DNA from: Octopus sinensis | Lineage: Eukaryota | DNA length: 64,000 nucleotides | Direction: 5' to 3' | Assembly (NCBI RefSeq): GCF_006345805.1 | Contig: NW_021836291.1 | Coordinates: 186,001 to 250,000 of the forward strand | In this document: positions 1 through 11,245 of the stretch, piece by piece | Layout of the letters: the number at the start of each line of letters is the position of its first letter | Position numbering within the stretch: the first letter of the stretch is position 1 | Program-made: the position numbers and the translations under genes | Notes under the pieces: model-generated | Told to the model about the DNA's origin: nothing | The model's database searches: none | The model's input: only the letters and a program-made list of their open reading frames with translations

Positions 1-2395
1 TCAAGCATAAACGTGACAATCATATTTCCAATCACCCCTTCCACCACAGACAAACTCAACTCGTATTCCTCGGCCAAATATTGCATTGCAATGTTGGAAT
101 ACACTCCACAGTACGTCAACAAGTACATCCTCAAACACTCACATTTCACCCTCTCCCTCAGAACGTCCTCAAATGACGGCCTGTCTGTCAATAGTGATAA
201 AATCTGAACAATCACAACCCCACTATACCTTATCGGTGGCAGTGGACTGTGCCAGTGTGCCATAACACTTCCGCCAGTTCCCATCCTTCAGCAAATGAAC
301 TGCCTCGATCACATGTTCCCACAAATCCTCAGGTGGTCCCCGAATTGGCGTTTTCTCTACCAAATTAAGTACATTCTCAAAATGACGAAAATTAGGATCA
401 CGTCGTCTCTTTCCGCCTATAAACTAACACCTTACTCACCAACCATACAAACGGGAAGGCATGTGGACTAACAGGGCAGAGACAAGGTAGGAATACTCAA
501 GAAGACGTACATTCACGTGCATATGGGAAGGCACACGGATCACAGCCCTCTCCGAACCCACTTCCTGTAGGTTGGAAATATCATGCCCAAGCAAATAAGT
601 AATCTGAGGATGCCCTCCCAGTTCAGCCAATGCTTGATAGGACTCCTCAAACTTCCCAAGCCGAAATGAACATATTCCAAACTGAGCCAAACTCCGGTTG
701 TACAAAACTTGAGTATTCGGGTCCATGTTTTTCTGACATGCCAACTCAGTCACCCGACCAAAGTAAAACAACTCGGATGCTTCATTCCACCGTGAATGAA
801 GACTGTGGTGGTAGATTAGATACAACACGGCTCTCAACGAAAGAACTGAGGACGAATCCTCTTCTTTAAACACTTCACAACAATACTCCTTTATTGTAGC
901 ACTCAAATCATTCTAAAATGCCACAAAACGTGGAATACGCTTATTTCTGGACTGACTAGCCAACTGTATTTGTAGTGCAATAACTCTAAGAGAAGAATAC
1001 AAATCTCTGCAGAATAAGCCCGACCTTTAATGTAGTTAAATGTCCTCTGACATATTTTAATCACTTCCAACTCTTCATTAAGTCTGGAATCACACAAGGA
1101 CACAACCTCTCTACAAATTCGGGGGTCAAATCATCCACAGCCAACAATCTCTTTCTGTACTCCGAACACAAATGATCGACCATTGCCATCATATTGCAGT
1201 TCACAACCAAAGGACCTTCAAACAAACTCTCAGACTCCTCGTAGGCCTTCAAATCAATCTCCGAATGACTCTCCACATAGTCAAACAACACATGGAAATA
1301 TTTTACAAAACTACCGACTATAAAAATAGACATACCGTGACCAAATATGCCCTTTGATGGGGACCGTGGAGTGGTCATTGCACAAATACACGGACAAATC
1401 CAAAATAGACACAATTATCTTCACTTCCAACCCAACAGAAAATGCACGTGATTGTACAACGTCCAATAATTGTTCCAAGTCTTCAAATGTGCGTTTATGG
1501 ACTGTCCTCTGCTTATATTTCACGGAAACTATTTCCGTGAGTTTACCGAGACACAGTGGTTCCGTGATTTCGTCCTCCGCGTTAAAAAGTTGGTGTTTGG
1601 ACTCCTTTTTGACCTCCTCAACAACTTTCTCACGTTCTTTCGAGGTCTCCTCAACTTCCAAGTCCTCGTCATAAAATAAATTGTCTTTATTCCTTCAAAA
1701 AAGAACAAAAAACTTGAATTGGGGTCAGTTTCCGGGATTTCACGGAATTTGTCAATTTGGTCGCGGAAGTCCGTGAATTGTGGCTTCATAATTCCTCGAA
1801 GGGCGGGAAGAACCTTCCGATTTTTTGTGGTAAGTTCAGTTTTTGAGGTCCATTGCTTCAAAATGACCAAAAACAACACCTTGTCAAGATATTCCTCAAA
1901 TCTGCTCAAAAAACGAATAAAATATCGCGGAATTCCATTTTTAAAATATTTTACCGCCTTAATATAACTATCGATCAGTTTTTTGGACTCTAATGAGTCA
2001 TTTTTGGCGGGAAACCTGAAAAAATGGAGACATTGTCGCCAGATTTCATGTTTGAGTGTATTTTTTCCATCCAAGTCTTCAAAGTGTGGATTCTTTTGAG
2101 GGATTCTTCCCGATATGGGACTTTAGGCTCGATGACCGTCTAATATGATAACTAAGGGTCACTCTTTGAGCGGTTTTTTGATAGGAATGTCTTCTTCTGT
2201 CTCGGAATCGGACTCACTTCGAGCTCTACGAAACCAACTGTTCATGACCTCACTGTTGGAGGGTCAGTTTAGGAGGAAATACTCGGAGTCTGAGTCATCG
2301 GAGTTGGTTGAAACGTGTCGGTCTCTAATTGTGATTATTTGTTTTTAATACTCGGAGTTATCATCGCTTGAATCAGAAAAATGAACAGCCCTCAT
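1..2395 (-). CDS. EIF3C: Translation initiation factor eIF3 subunit C, multi-exon, runs off the left edge
   Basis: ORF 436..906 has LRAVLYLIYHHSLHSRW, QVLYNRSLAQFGICSFRLG and VPSHMHVNVRLLEYSYLVSALL, matching the eIF3c PCI region. The acidic/Ser-rich N-terminus starts MRAVHFSDSSDD at 2395. Exons are joined by ~23-27 nt GT-AG introns. Confidence 0.9.
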
Positions 2396-2867
2396 ATTGA
2401 CCAACAAGGCTTAACACGAGTATTTTATGATAATAAATTTAAATTAATGTTTAAAAATAATTGTTAATAAAAAAGATTAAGTCAAATCAGTGACTTTTTA
2501 ATTTTCATAATAATTAAAAACAAATGGTGATTGAGTAGAGACTCACTCAGGACAATGTTAAAAGAATTTTTTTAATTGACGATTCCTGAAATTGCTAGAA
2601 AAAGTTTTTATTTTTAAAAATTAAAGTTAAAAATTTCCTCTAAATTAATTAATATTTAAATAGGTTTCTTGTTGTACATATTTTAAGAATATGATTTACT
2701 CAATAAATAAAGCTACATGTAATGATTGATAATTAAAAATAGTTTTTTCAACAATAAAAACTTTTTTAAAAAGAAATTGCCGACTTTTTCAAACTTTTAC
2801 ACCAATTAATCCCATCATATATCACCCACAAATACAAGTTCCAAAACTCCACTTTCCCCCTACCAAA

Positions 2868-3266
2868 ATGTTCCCCGATTTTTCTCAAATGTCCACCCGC
2901 CTTGAAAAAATCTCAATTTCTGAGCCCTCACTGAAACCGGAGAAATATTTTTGTATTTTCCGAAAGAATAGAAACAAGGGGATCCCCATGAAGAGACGTC
3001 AAATGAAGAAACACAGGAAGAAAAGATATTACAAAAAGTTTAAATATTACATTGCACAAAGAAAGGAAGCCAGAAAAGTCGAGAAACAAAGACTTGTCGA
3101 TGTATTAGCTTATAATTATATTTTTTAGGAACTTATCAAAAAAATGATGGATGAGGCCAAAAATATCGACTATGGACAAAAGATGGAGAAGGAACTCGAA
3201 ATTGCCCGAGACGGGGGCTTTTCTCTCGAATATATTATTAAATTAAAAAATATAAAGTCTGAATAG
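2868..3266 (+). CDS. Mitochondrial small-subunit protein mS38 / AURKAIP1-like (2 exons; intron 3102-3128)
   Basis: Basic motif MKRRQMKKHRKKRYYKKFKY resembles the Cox24/mS38 domain. Removing the 27-nt intron gives an open frame to TAG at 3266. Confidence 0.6.
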
Positions 3267-3779
3267 GATTTTTTAACCAAAAAGTCTTTTTATGATTAAT
3301 TCATTTTTATTGGTTAGATCAAAAATAAAATTATATTTTTTGGTATTGCCTATCTGTTTTGCCAATTTAGACCATTTAGGACACGAAGCTGACAATTTGT
3401 ATAGTTATTCGATTTAAATTAAAAAAAGGCATAAAATCGAATTTATTAGAAAATGACCTGATAAAATTTTATTTTTAACAGTAAAGATAACAAATTCTGA
3501 GAATGAATTCTAGTTTAGATCATATCAAATGAAGTCCCTTCCTAATTGAAAGGCTCCCAAATTATATTCCAAGAAAAATAATTATAAGTAAAATAATTGT
3601 TTTAATTTATAAATATGCAACCCCGAATTAAGGAAAATTTTCTCCAATTTTGAGGTTTTCCTTAAATTTAGATATCTCATGTTCAAAGCTTACCTCAATT
3701 ATATAACCAAGAAGGATAACTACAATTTTTATTTTTTAATACAAAAATCAGTTAATTTTATTTGAGCATTTTGTTTTTT

Positions 3780-6200
3780 CGCATCGAAATCATAATTATT
3801 TGCTTTGAATCTGAATAGATCAAGTATATTTCCGGAGTCTCTTACTTAATAGCATTTAGCAGCATTGTGAATGTGTATTCCGCATGTTTGTCATCCAAAT
3901 GTTCCATTTCGCTCCAGTCCTCTTTATCACTACTGTTATCATCCCAGAAACTCCAAAATCGCATTTTCTACAATATCCAAACCAATCAGACTTTTTCCGA
4001 TGTTTTCTTTCTTCCGATAGTTATTACATAGATATTTGTGTGCATAATCTAGTTATTTAAATGATTCTCAAATCCCTGTATTATCCCTTGATCACATGGC
4101 TAATTAAAAAACTTATATTTTTTGAAGAAATATTTATTTTTTTTGTTTTTGTTTTTTTTTTTTATCTTAATAATTAACCAAAGAAAAAAAGTAAGCAATG
4201 GGTGGCTAAGGGAATTGTCGAGAGCCTGAGGGTCAGCTCAACGATGCCGCGCTGCGTATTGAGTGGCAGTTTCCGCGGAGCACAGCAACCGAGATTCGCT
4301 GGAACAGCCAGCTCGTCTCCCTCCGGTCGTTTGTTTTTGTGGAGATTTTTCTACCAATGGCGGTGAGGAGTTGAGTCGCAGCCTTTCCGACGATTCCAGA
4401 GGTTTCGAAGGCGAGGGGGGCAAACTCAAAAGCGTCCGAAATACACCGGTATTTCGTCATCTTTGTCTCTTCGGCCAGCGCACTGGCGGAACCCGGGTTT
4501 GCCACAGTCCTGGGAAGCAGCTTGTCGCCGAAAAAGAGTCGACACACGTGGCATCCCAAACCAGGACTTGCCTTCCCTAAAAGGAAAGGTCGTCATCCCG
4601 TCGGGACGCTTGCCGTCGCTCCGGGAAAGGCCGACTGCTCTAGGGTGGAAGGGAAACCAGCCGACTCTAGAGCCCTCCTCACAACGTCATTCAGATGAGG
4701 TGACGGGGAATTCTCCCGGCACTCTTCTTACACGACAAGGCGTGCAAGCCGTTTGACGAAATTGAGGACCCGCACCGGCAAGGGGGGGCTGGCAGATGTC
4801 CAAGCCCAATCGTAAGCTGATCCCAATCCGCAAGGATTCGTCGTCCAGTAGTAACCCGTACTAGGAGTGGGGAGAGCTTTGAGCCAGTCACCCGTTGTGC
4901 GGCTGACAGGCGCAGTTAGGGTGGCCAGCTGGAGTTGGTCCGACTTGGAGCGGAGTTTTCGTAATGTGTTCAAGCAGAGAATTTCGTCCCGCCCCTTTGA
5001 ACTGAAGGGATCGTGGGAAAATCAAGGTCGAGTGAGCACCACGTACGGCATGCAGATGAGAATTCCGAGAGCTCATTAAGTTCGAGAGAGGGAAGTAGAA
5101 CTGAGCAAACGGAATTCCTGGAAGCCGACATGGATGAGAGATAGCAGGGTAGGGCCAGGTCCGCACAAGGGCGGATCCCGATCCCCCCGAAGCGAGTTGG
5201 TAAACTGGCACGGGTAAAACGTCACCAGTGAACCTCAAATTGAGGTGGAATGTTAGCGATTGGTGGACAAGATTATCGATTCTGGATAATGAGGTCTGTG
5301 GGGCAGCGAAACACGGGGAGGAACGGAGAATAATATAGGTCAGTCTGGGGACGAAAAGAAAGTTCTTCAACAAGAAAAACGCAAGATGCGAGCCAAGCCC
5401 ACGGATCCGATCAGTGAGTAGTTTAATTTCGTCCCATTTAGACGATAAGGCATTTTGAAGAAATATTACATCGACATTTGAAAGTTTGGCAAAAACAGAT
5501 TTACAAGTTGCAATTGTCAATTAACAATGCTATTTTCCTTTTTGCTCCCTCATTTCCTCGTTAAATTGAGATAACCAATTTTTAAAAATATTTTTTGTCA
5601 TCCAGCTTTGCACGAAACATCGTATCCAATTGTCTCTTGGCAAAAATATTTCCCCAGAAAAGAAGGTTTCCCCGTTATTTGTTTTTCCCCAATTCAAGGT
5701 CGCACTGTATCCAATTAGAAATCCAATAGTCAGTGATTTCCCTTTTTCGCTTAGAGTTTGTCATAAATTTCCTTTCATTTTCCATTTTTGTGTCAAGGTT
5801 TTTGTTCATCTGAGTATCTCCCGACGTGCCAGTTCCGCAGGTTCATTTGCGGCAGAGGCGTACTCTTCGTCGCCTACATTCACTCCATATCTGTGGTCAA
5901 TTCGCATACTTTCCAGTGTCCTCTTTAACATAACTGACTGGGTTTATTTCCTCTTTCCTTCTTTGATGGATAACTTATCCATTAGACTTTTAAAGAACTT
6001 TGAGACAACTTCATCACATGTCAAAACTACAGCAATAGTCTTTATACTTTTGCTTTGTAGTTAATCCTGTCATTCAAACACAAGAATAATTCTGCACTGA
6101 AATTACATTTCTAATCACAAAGCCGTTTCAAAATTCATCGTAAATTAGCAGAAATATTTCCAGTTTAAAAACTAAGGGAACCAACAATAAGCATTGAAAT
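3780..6200 (-). mobile_element. Decayed pogo/Tigger (DDE_1) transposase remnant, interrupted by a CRE copy; ends approximate
   Basis: Minus strand reads WMTKNIFKNWLSQFNEEMREQ..RKIALLIDNC...LSNVDVIFL right of the CRE and resumes with PCDQGII left of it. Confidence 0.7.
4135..5456 (-). mobile_element. 5'-truncated CRE-clade non-LTR retrotransposon (subfamily A, same as 43774-46855)
   Basis: Near-identical to ~45550-46830. RLE motifs FAPLAFETSG and FQRISVAVLRGN; A-rich tail; TSD GAAGAAATATT at 4124-4134 and 5457-5467. Confidence 0.92.
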
Positions 6201-6659
6201 ATATGAATTTAAATCTTTTTGAACGGCCAAAAACACACAGCACTCACCAATCAGGATATCCCCGAAAGTATATTTTTTAATATTGGTCGTAAATAAACCA
6301 AAGTATTTTATTTAAGTGACTCAGATCAAAGTGTAAGCTCGCAGGAATAACGAGGATTCGTTTATCATCATTGTCAGAATTAAAATTTAAAACTATTTAA
6401 GAACACGAGAAATACAAAAACTCGTGCATATTTGTGAAATTTTATTTTATAATAACGTTAGAATAAAAAGAATATAATTATTATTAATTCAATTTTATGG
6501 GAGACATATCTTTTATAATTTATTCTGTAAAAATACAAAGTCAATAAACTTCCAAATTAAATTAGTATTTTCCTCCGTGACCATCATCATTTCTATCCTT
6601 GTTAGAAACCGAAGTAAAAGAGAAAGAATAATTTTAGAAACTGAGCAACCAAGAGAGTA

Positions 6660-7700
6660 CAGTGAAATTTCTCGAATCCGCTTTTCACTATGAAAATTAT
6701 TTTTTATCTAATTGTAAGTTAAATTAATTAAAATTTTCATCGGAACTTTTAAATACGACTGATATCAAAAAATTAAAGATAACGAGAATTCCAAAATTCA
6801 AATTAAATGAATTGATGAAGTGATGATAACATGAATTGCTTGATGGGACTTAGTGGAGAAATTCTATCAGATTTGACGTTAATATGGTATAAATAATTAA
6901 TTATTGAAAAACAAAGAGATAGAAGAAAAGCGTTAAGTCCCAGCGGCAAAGACGCAGTGTGCGTTGCCGCGAAAAATGGCCAGACCGATGCGCTGGCGGA
7001 ACCAGAGGCCCTCTCTCGGGTCCTTGAGCCTCCTTCCAATGGACTGTCTGACCTCGTTGAGGAACGAGTCAGTCTCCTTTCCCGCGGCTCCAGGGCATTA
7101 ATTGGAAAACTTTTTAAATTCGGAAAAAATAGTCCAGAATTTAAAGTCGTAGGTGACTAGAAAAGTTTAAACTACAAAATGGTCTCAAGTTAAAAAAACT
7201 CATAAAGATAGTTACTTGGTAAATCATGATGGAAAATCTATTGTGTGATACAATCAGTTAAAAAATTGAACAATATGGATTGGACAATGTTTATAATGCA
7301 GGTGAAACCGGTGTTTTTACAAGACAATTCCTTTTAAAAATGTGTGCACTAAATCAAGGCATGGAATAAAGTTGTCGAAAGATCACTTTTCTTCATTATT
7401 ATGCGCGAATTGTTTCGGTTTGGATAAAATAAGGCCTATAATAATATGAAGATTCAAGTCGTTTCTCTTAATAACACTGATGATATCAATTTAGTTTTTT
7501 TACCTGATTCTCATGATAAACTTTGGCAGAAATCAATAAGAATAATTTGGTTATATGAAATCAACAATTAATTTGTTCAAGTAGAAATTTGACAATTGGA
7601 TTTTTGCACTTGTTTTCAAGTATTTTGTCAATAAACTGCAAAATTATTACAGCTTTTACGGTTTTGAATCAGCATCGTATTTTTTGCATTTATCATGATT
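6660..7700 (+). mobile_element. Decayed pogo/Tigger remnant; ends approximate
   Basis: TA-CAGTGAAATTTCTC end-like sequence near 6660 and an IEQYGLDNVYNA-ETGVFYK motif near 7265-7330. Confidence 0.5.
6903..7096 (-). mobile_element. Short 3' fragment of a distinct CRE subfamily
   Basis: Minus strand encodes KDPREGLWFRQRIGLAIFRGNAH (RLE C-terminus). Possible TSD ATTAATT. Confidence 0.75.
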
Positions 7701-8230
7701 AACAAAAAAATGATTCACAAATTCCTTACTATTTAATAAATATCAGGACACGTTTTTGATGGATCTCACTGGCCATTCTCAATAGTGTGTTCTGATGGGG
7801 CTTGATGACTTTTGATACTCTGATGTTCTGGGGGAAAGAGAGTTCACACAAGTGATGTGTCAGACCAGAGACTCTACTTAGGGAAAAGAAATATTAATTT
7901 GAATATGCAAAATAAGAAATTCAAGATTGTTGAAAAATTATTTATAATGTAATATATCTTAAAAACCACAAAGTGTTTTTTAAGTAATAACGTGCCATAA
8001 TTGAAAATTCATAGATAAGATTAAAAAAGGCTATAAACAAATTGTCTTACCCGTTTTTGGATTAAAATTAATACACAGAATTTTCTTAAAAGTGACATTA
8101 TTAAGTATATTGGGGAATTTTTATAAAATTATAATTGTGGTTTTTTAGCATTTCTAAATTCCATGGTTAAATAACTTTATCGCATGTTCAAAATATATTA
8201 TTAATTTTATCGTACCTTCTAAGTGATAAA

Positions 8231-9838
8231 ATGAACAATCCTAATCAGTCCCAAATCAATTTATTGAATAAATGCTCAAAAAATGGAGAAATTTATCCAA
8301 AATTCGTGTCATCGACAGATAATTTTGTTATCCAGCACACAAATAACAAAAACGAACATTTTGCGACTGTCAAGGTTAGAGATTCAGAGATAAAGGCATT
8401 TTATAAGTTGTAAAATTAGATTTGTGAAAATGAAATAACCAAACAATATAAAGAACATTACATTTTAAACATGATTAAATGTGCACGTCAAAAAAACGAG
8501 CGCAGGAGGCGTTTGGAAGCACATATGAATAAAACCGGATATTCTCAAGAAAAAAAGAAAATGATTATGAATTTGTTCCAGGAAATGGAATCAAATTTTG
8601 TCCGACTTTGGGTTGATGTTGCTAATTTATTTCAGAAGTCTAAAATGACAATTTCTATGTTCGAGTTTGTTTTCATGCTGGGAAATGGCGGTTACGGAAA
8701 TGTCTTCCTTGTGAGGAAAAAGGATACCAGAAATATTTATGCAATGAAAATAATATCAAAAAAGAAAACCCTGACAAAAAAACAAATTCGTAACATCAAA
8801 GCCGAACGAGATATCCTTTCAGAAGCCGACAGTGTGTGGATCGTCAAGCTTTATTACTCATTCCAGGACAAAAAATCTCTCTATTTCATATTGGAATATT
8901 TACCTGGAGGAGATCTAATGACTTTGCTAATACAAAAAGGCGTTTTCAGCGAACATTGGGCAAGATTTTATATTTCTGAGCTCGTCGTGGCGATAGAATA
9001 TGTCCATTCTCTCAAGTTCTGCCACCGAGACATCAAACCAGACAATATTCTCATTTCAGCAGACGGACATATCAAACTGTGTGATTTTGGACTCAGTACT
9101 GGAGGTCAGCCGGGTGAGGATAAACAGAATCACACTGAAGGTACATTTAAATCACATTTTAGGAAAAAAATATAATAAATTCAAAGATTTGTTATCCAGA
9201 CTAAACAGCCGTAAAAGCAGTCTAAGTGAGGCAAACTCTCTTGTTGGAACTCTCAACTACATTGCTCCTGAAATCCTGACTGGGCCAAGTAAATATTAAT
9301 CCACAAATTGTAGCTTATACTAATTGTTGCGACTGGTGGAGTGTTGGGATTATTTTGTATGAAATGGTCGTTGGCAGACCACCGTTTTACGCAGATGAAG
9401 AATTCGAAACTCACTTGAAAGTATTTTTATTGCTAATATTAGATTATTCATTGGCATAGATATTTGACGTTTCCCAAACGTTGCAATTTAAGTCTCAGTT
9501 GCAAAAAACTTATTCTGAATTTTTGCTGTGACTTAAGCAATCGTTTAGGAAAGAATGGTGCAGAAGAAATTAAATGTCATCAATTCTTCCAAGGACTGAA
9601 TTGGACTAAGTTACGGGAGGTCAAACCCCCATATATTCCACCGCTTGTCGATGAAACAGACGTGTCTCACTTTAAGGGAAATGCAAGCAAGTTTACAAAC
9701 CCAAATACCGAGGATGGGGAGGAATTTTCGGAAATTATTGTGCACGGGTTTTCCTTTAAGAGATTTTTTAATAAAACCGCAAAAATTCATTACTGCACAA
9801 TATTAAAAAATATGAATAATGATGCCTCAGAACTTTGA
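8231..9838 (+). CDS. LATS: LATS/Warts (Hippo pathway) NDR-family Ser/Thr kinase, multi-exon
   Basis: [44 protein letters not shown] (LATS-type NYIAPE), [18 protein letters not shown] and an AGC C-terminal tail. Introns of 22-25 nt, e.g. GTAAATATTAATCCACAAATTGTAG. Confidence 0.88.
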
Positions 9839-9965
9839 AATAACGTTAATCGCCATTTTTAAACAATTTTAATCTTATTTCAAAGATTTTTTATTGAATT
9901 GTATTCCTGTAAAGAACCATTTTTGTAAACAAACTGACTGCCAATAATATTTCTGATCTCTTGAA

Positions 9966-10633
9966 TTAGGAATTGATACTATCTTTGATAGTATAGAAGT
10001 AATTAATGATAAATTAAAAGTTAGATTAATTAAATTTCAATTTACTGGTCTTGGGCCTCCCTGAACAGCACCATCATCTTTCGTGATCCTCTTGCTATTA
10101 TTTTGTCCTTCCTCAGAGTATTCGTTTTCTGTCACCTCATCATGTCTCCTCTTCATCGAGTTAGCTCCCCTTTGGTGAGTGTTCCACACTGCATAATCTT
10201 TGTTGAGAATCAATGCTTTCGTCATTACGTCTTCGAAACCATGTTTATATTCTACGAACATTCCTTCCAACGTCTTCTTTAATGCAATCGTTTGGATGTA
10301 CGCCAGAACACTGTCTTTAATGCCAATCAAATCCATGTATATTTTAAAATACTTGGAGGTGATCGCATCCCAGGTAATGACAATCGGAAGTATTTTGACT
10401 TTGGCTTTGTAAATGATTTCTAATTCACTTGCCAGGATATCATATTTATGAAGTTTTTCAACTTCAACTGCTTTTAAATTATCCACACACGTAACTCCAA
10501 TCTCTATTAGCCATATGTAGTTTAATTTTTTGTCGTATAGGAAAATGTCCGGCTTGTTATATTGAATTTTTGATTCGGTAGGGATAGTAGTGTCAACTCG
10601 TAATTCAGCACGATCATTGGTAATTAGTAATTA
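9966..10633 (-). mobile_element. 3' half (RLE endonuclease) of an R4/Dong-like RT-RLE LINE
   Basis: Reads ITNDRAELRVDTTIPT..QYNKPDIFLYD..IWLIEIG then VEKLHKYDILA..ILPIVITWDAI. It continues exactly from THSIQSVI at ~14430 and is bounded by a TSD copy at 9943-9965. Confidence 0.85.
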
Positions 10634-11131
10634 CTGAATGGCCATCCACTCATTCTTCCACCCTTCTTTCTCAACCTCGTCAGTCATCTACAAATACTCA
10701 TCCTCAAATACTTTTCTGACTGATCTAAAAAACGAGTCATTCACTTTCTCGGGGAGAGACAGACAACACAAATCGACCTTGGTAGATGTAGCAATCACGT
10801 GTGTGGCATTTACTCTCCTTATGGCACTCCGTTGACTGAGAATGGACCTGTCACACACAGGAATCCAGAGGCCAGTTGACTAATAAACACAACTCTCTTG
10901 ACAATTATGTTTTTTGATTTACTTTTCCTCGATGGCAGCCTGTCAGCAGAATTAAAATTGTTCCCGGAGTTATTGAACTGCGAAGTTTACGAGTGTGCTG
11001 GGAATATGCCTTTTTGTTGGTCTTTTTAGGAAGTTGGGCAACATTTGGATTCCTTCGCCTTCTCTGTTTGGACTAAAATGTCAATTGAAACTACAAACTA
11101 TTTTAGAGTTGGATGTTAGTACAACGTCCAT
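10634..11131 (-). pseudogene. RPL6: 3'-truncated inverted duplicate of rpL6 (lacks ~42 C-terminal codons; also a 1-bp deletion)
   Basis: Reverse complement of 16866-17364. Identity stops at CTGAATGG (10634). Confidence 0.88.
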
Positions 11132-11245
11132 CACAACAAGTAAAAGTAAATTTTACACGTGGATTAAATGTTGTATAAAATTAATAAAAAATAAATAATT
11201 TAAATTATTTCATATAAAAACATTCAAGAAATCAGAAATATTATT

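Noticed and set aside
6325-6345. U2 snRNA-like GATCAAAGTGTA
   Set aside because: It lacks the GTAGTA branch-pairing motif and the rest of U2.
7750-7890. C/D snoRNA (TGATGA, CTGA boxes)
   Set aside because: Boxes are too close together, with no terminal stem or recognisable guide.
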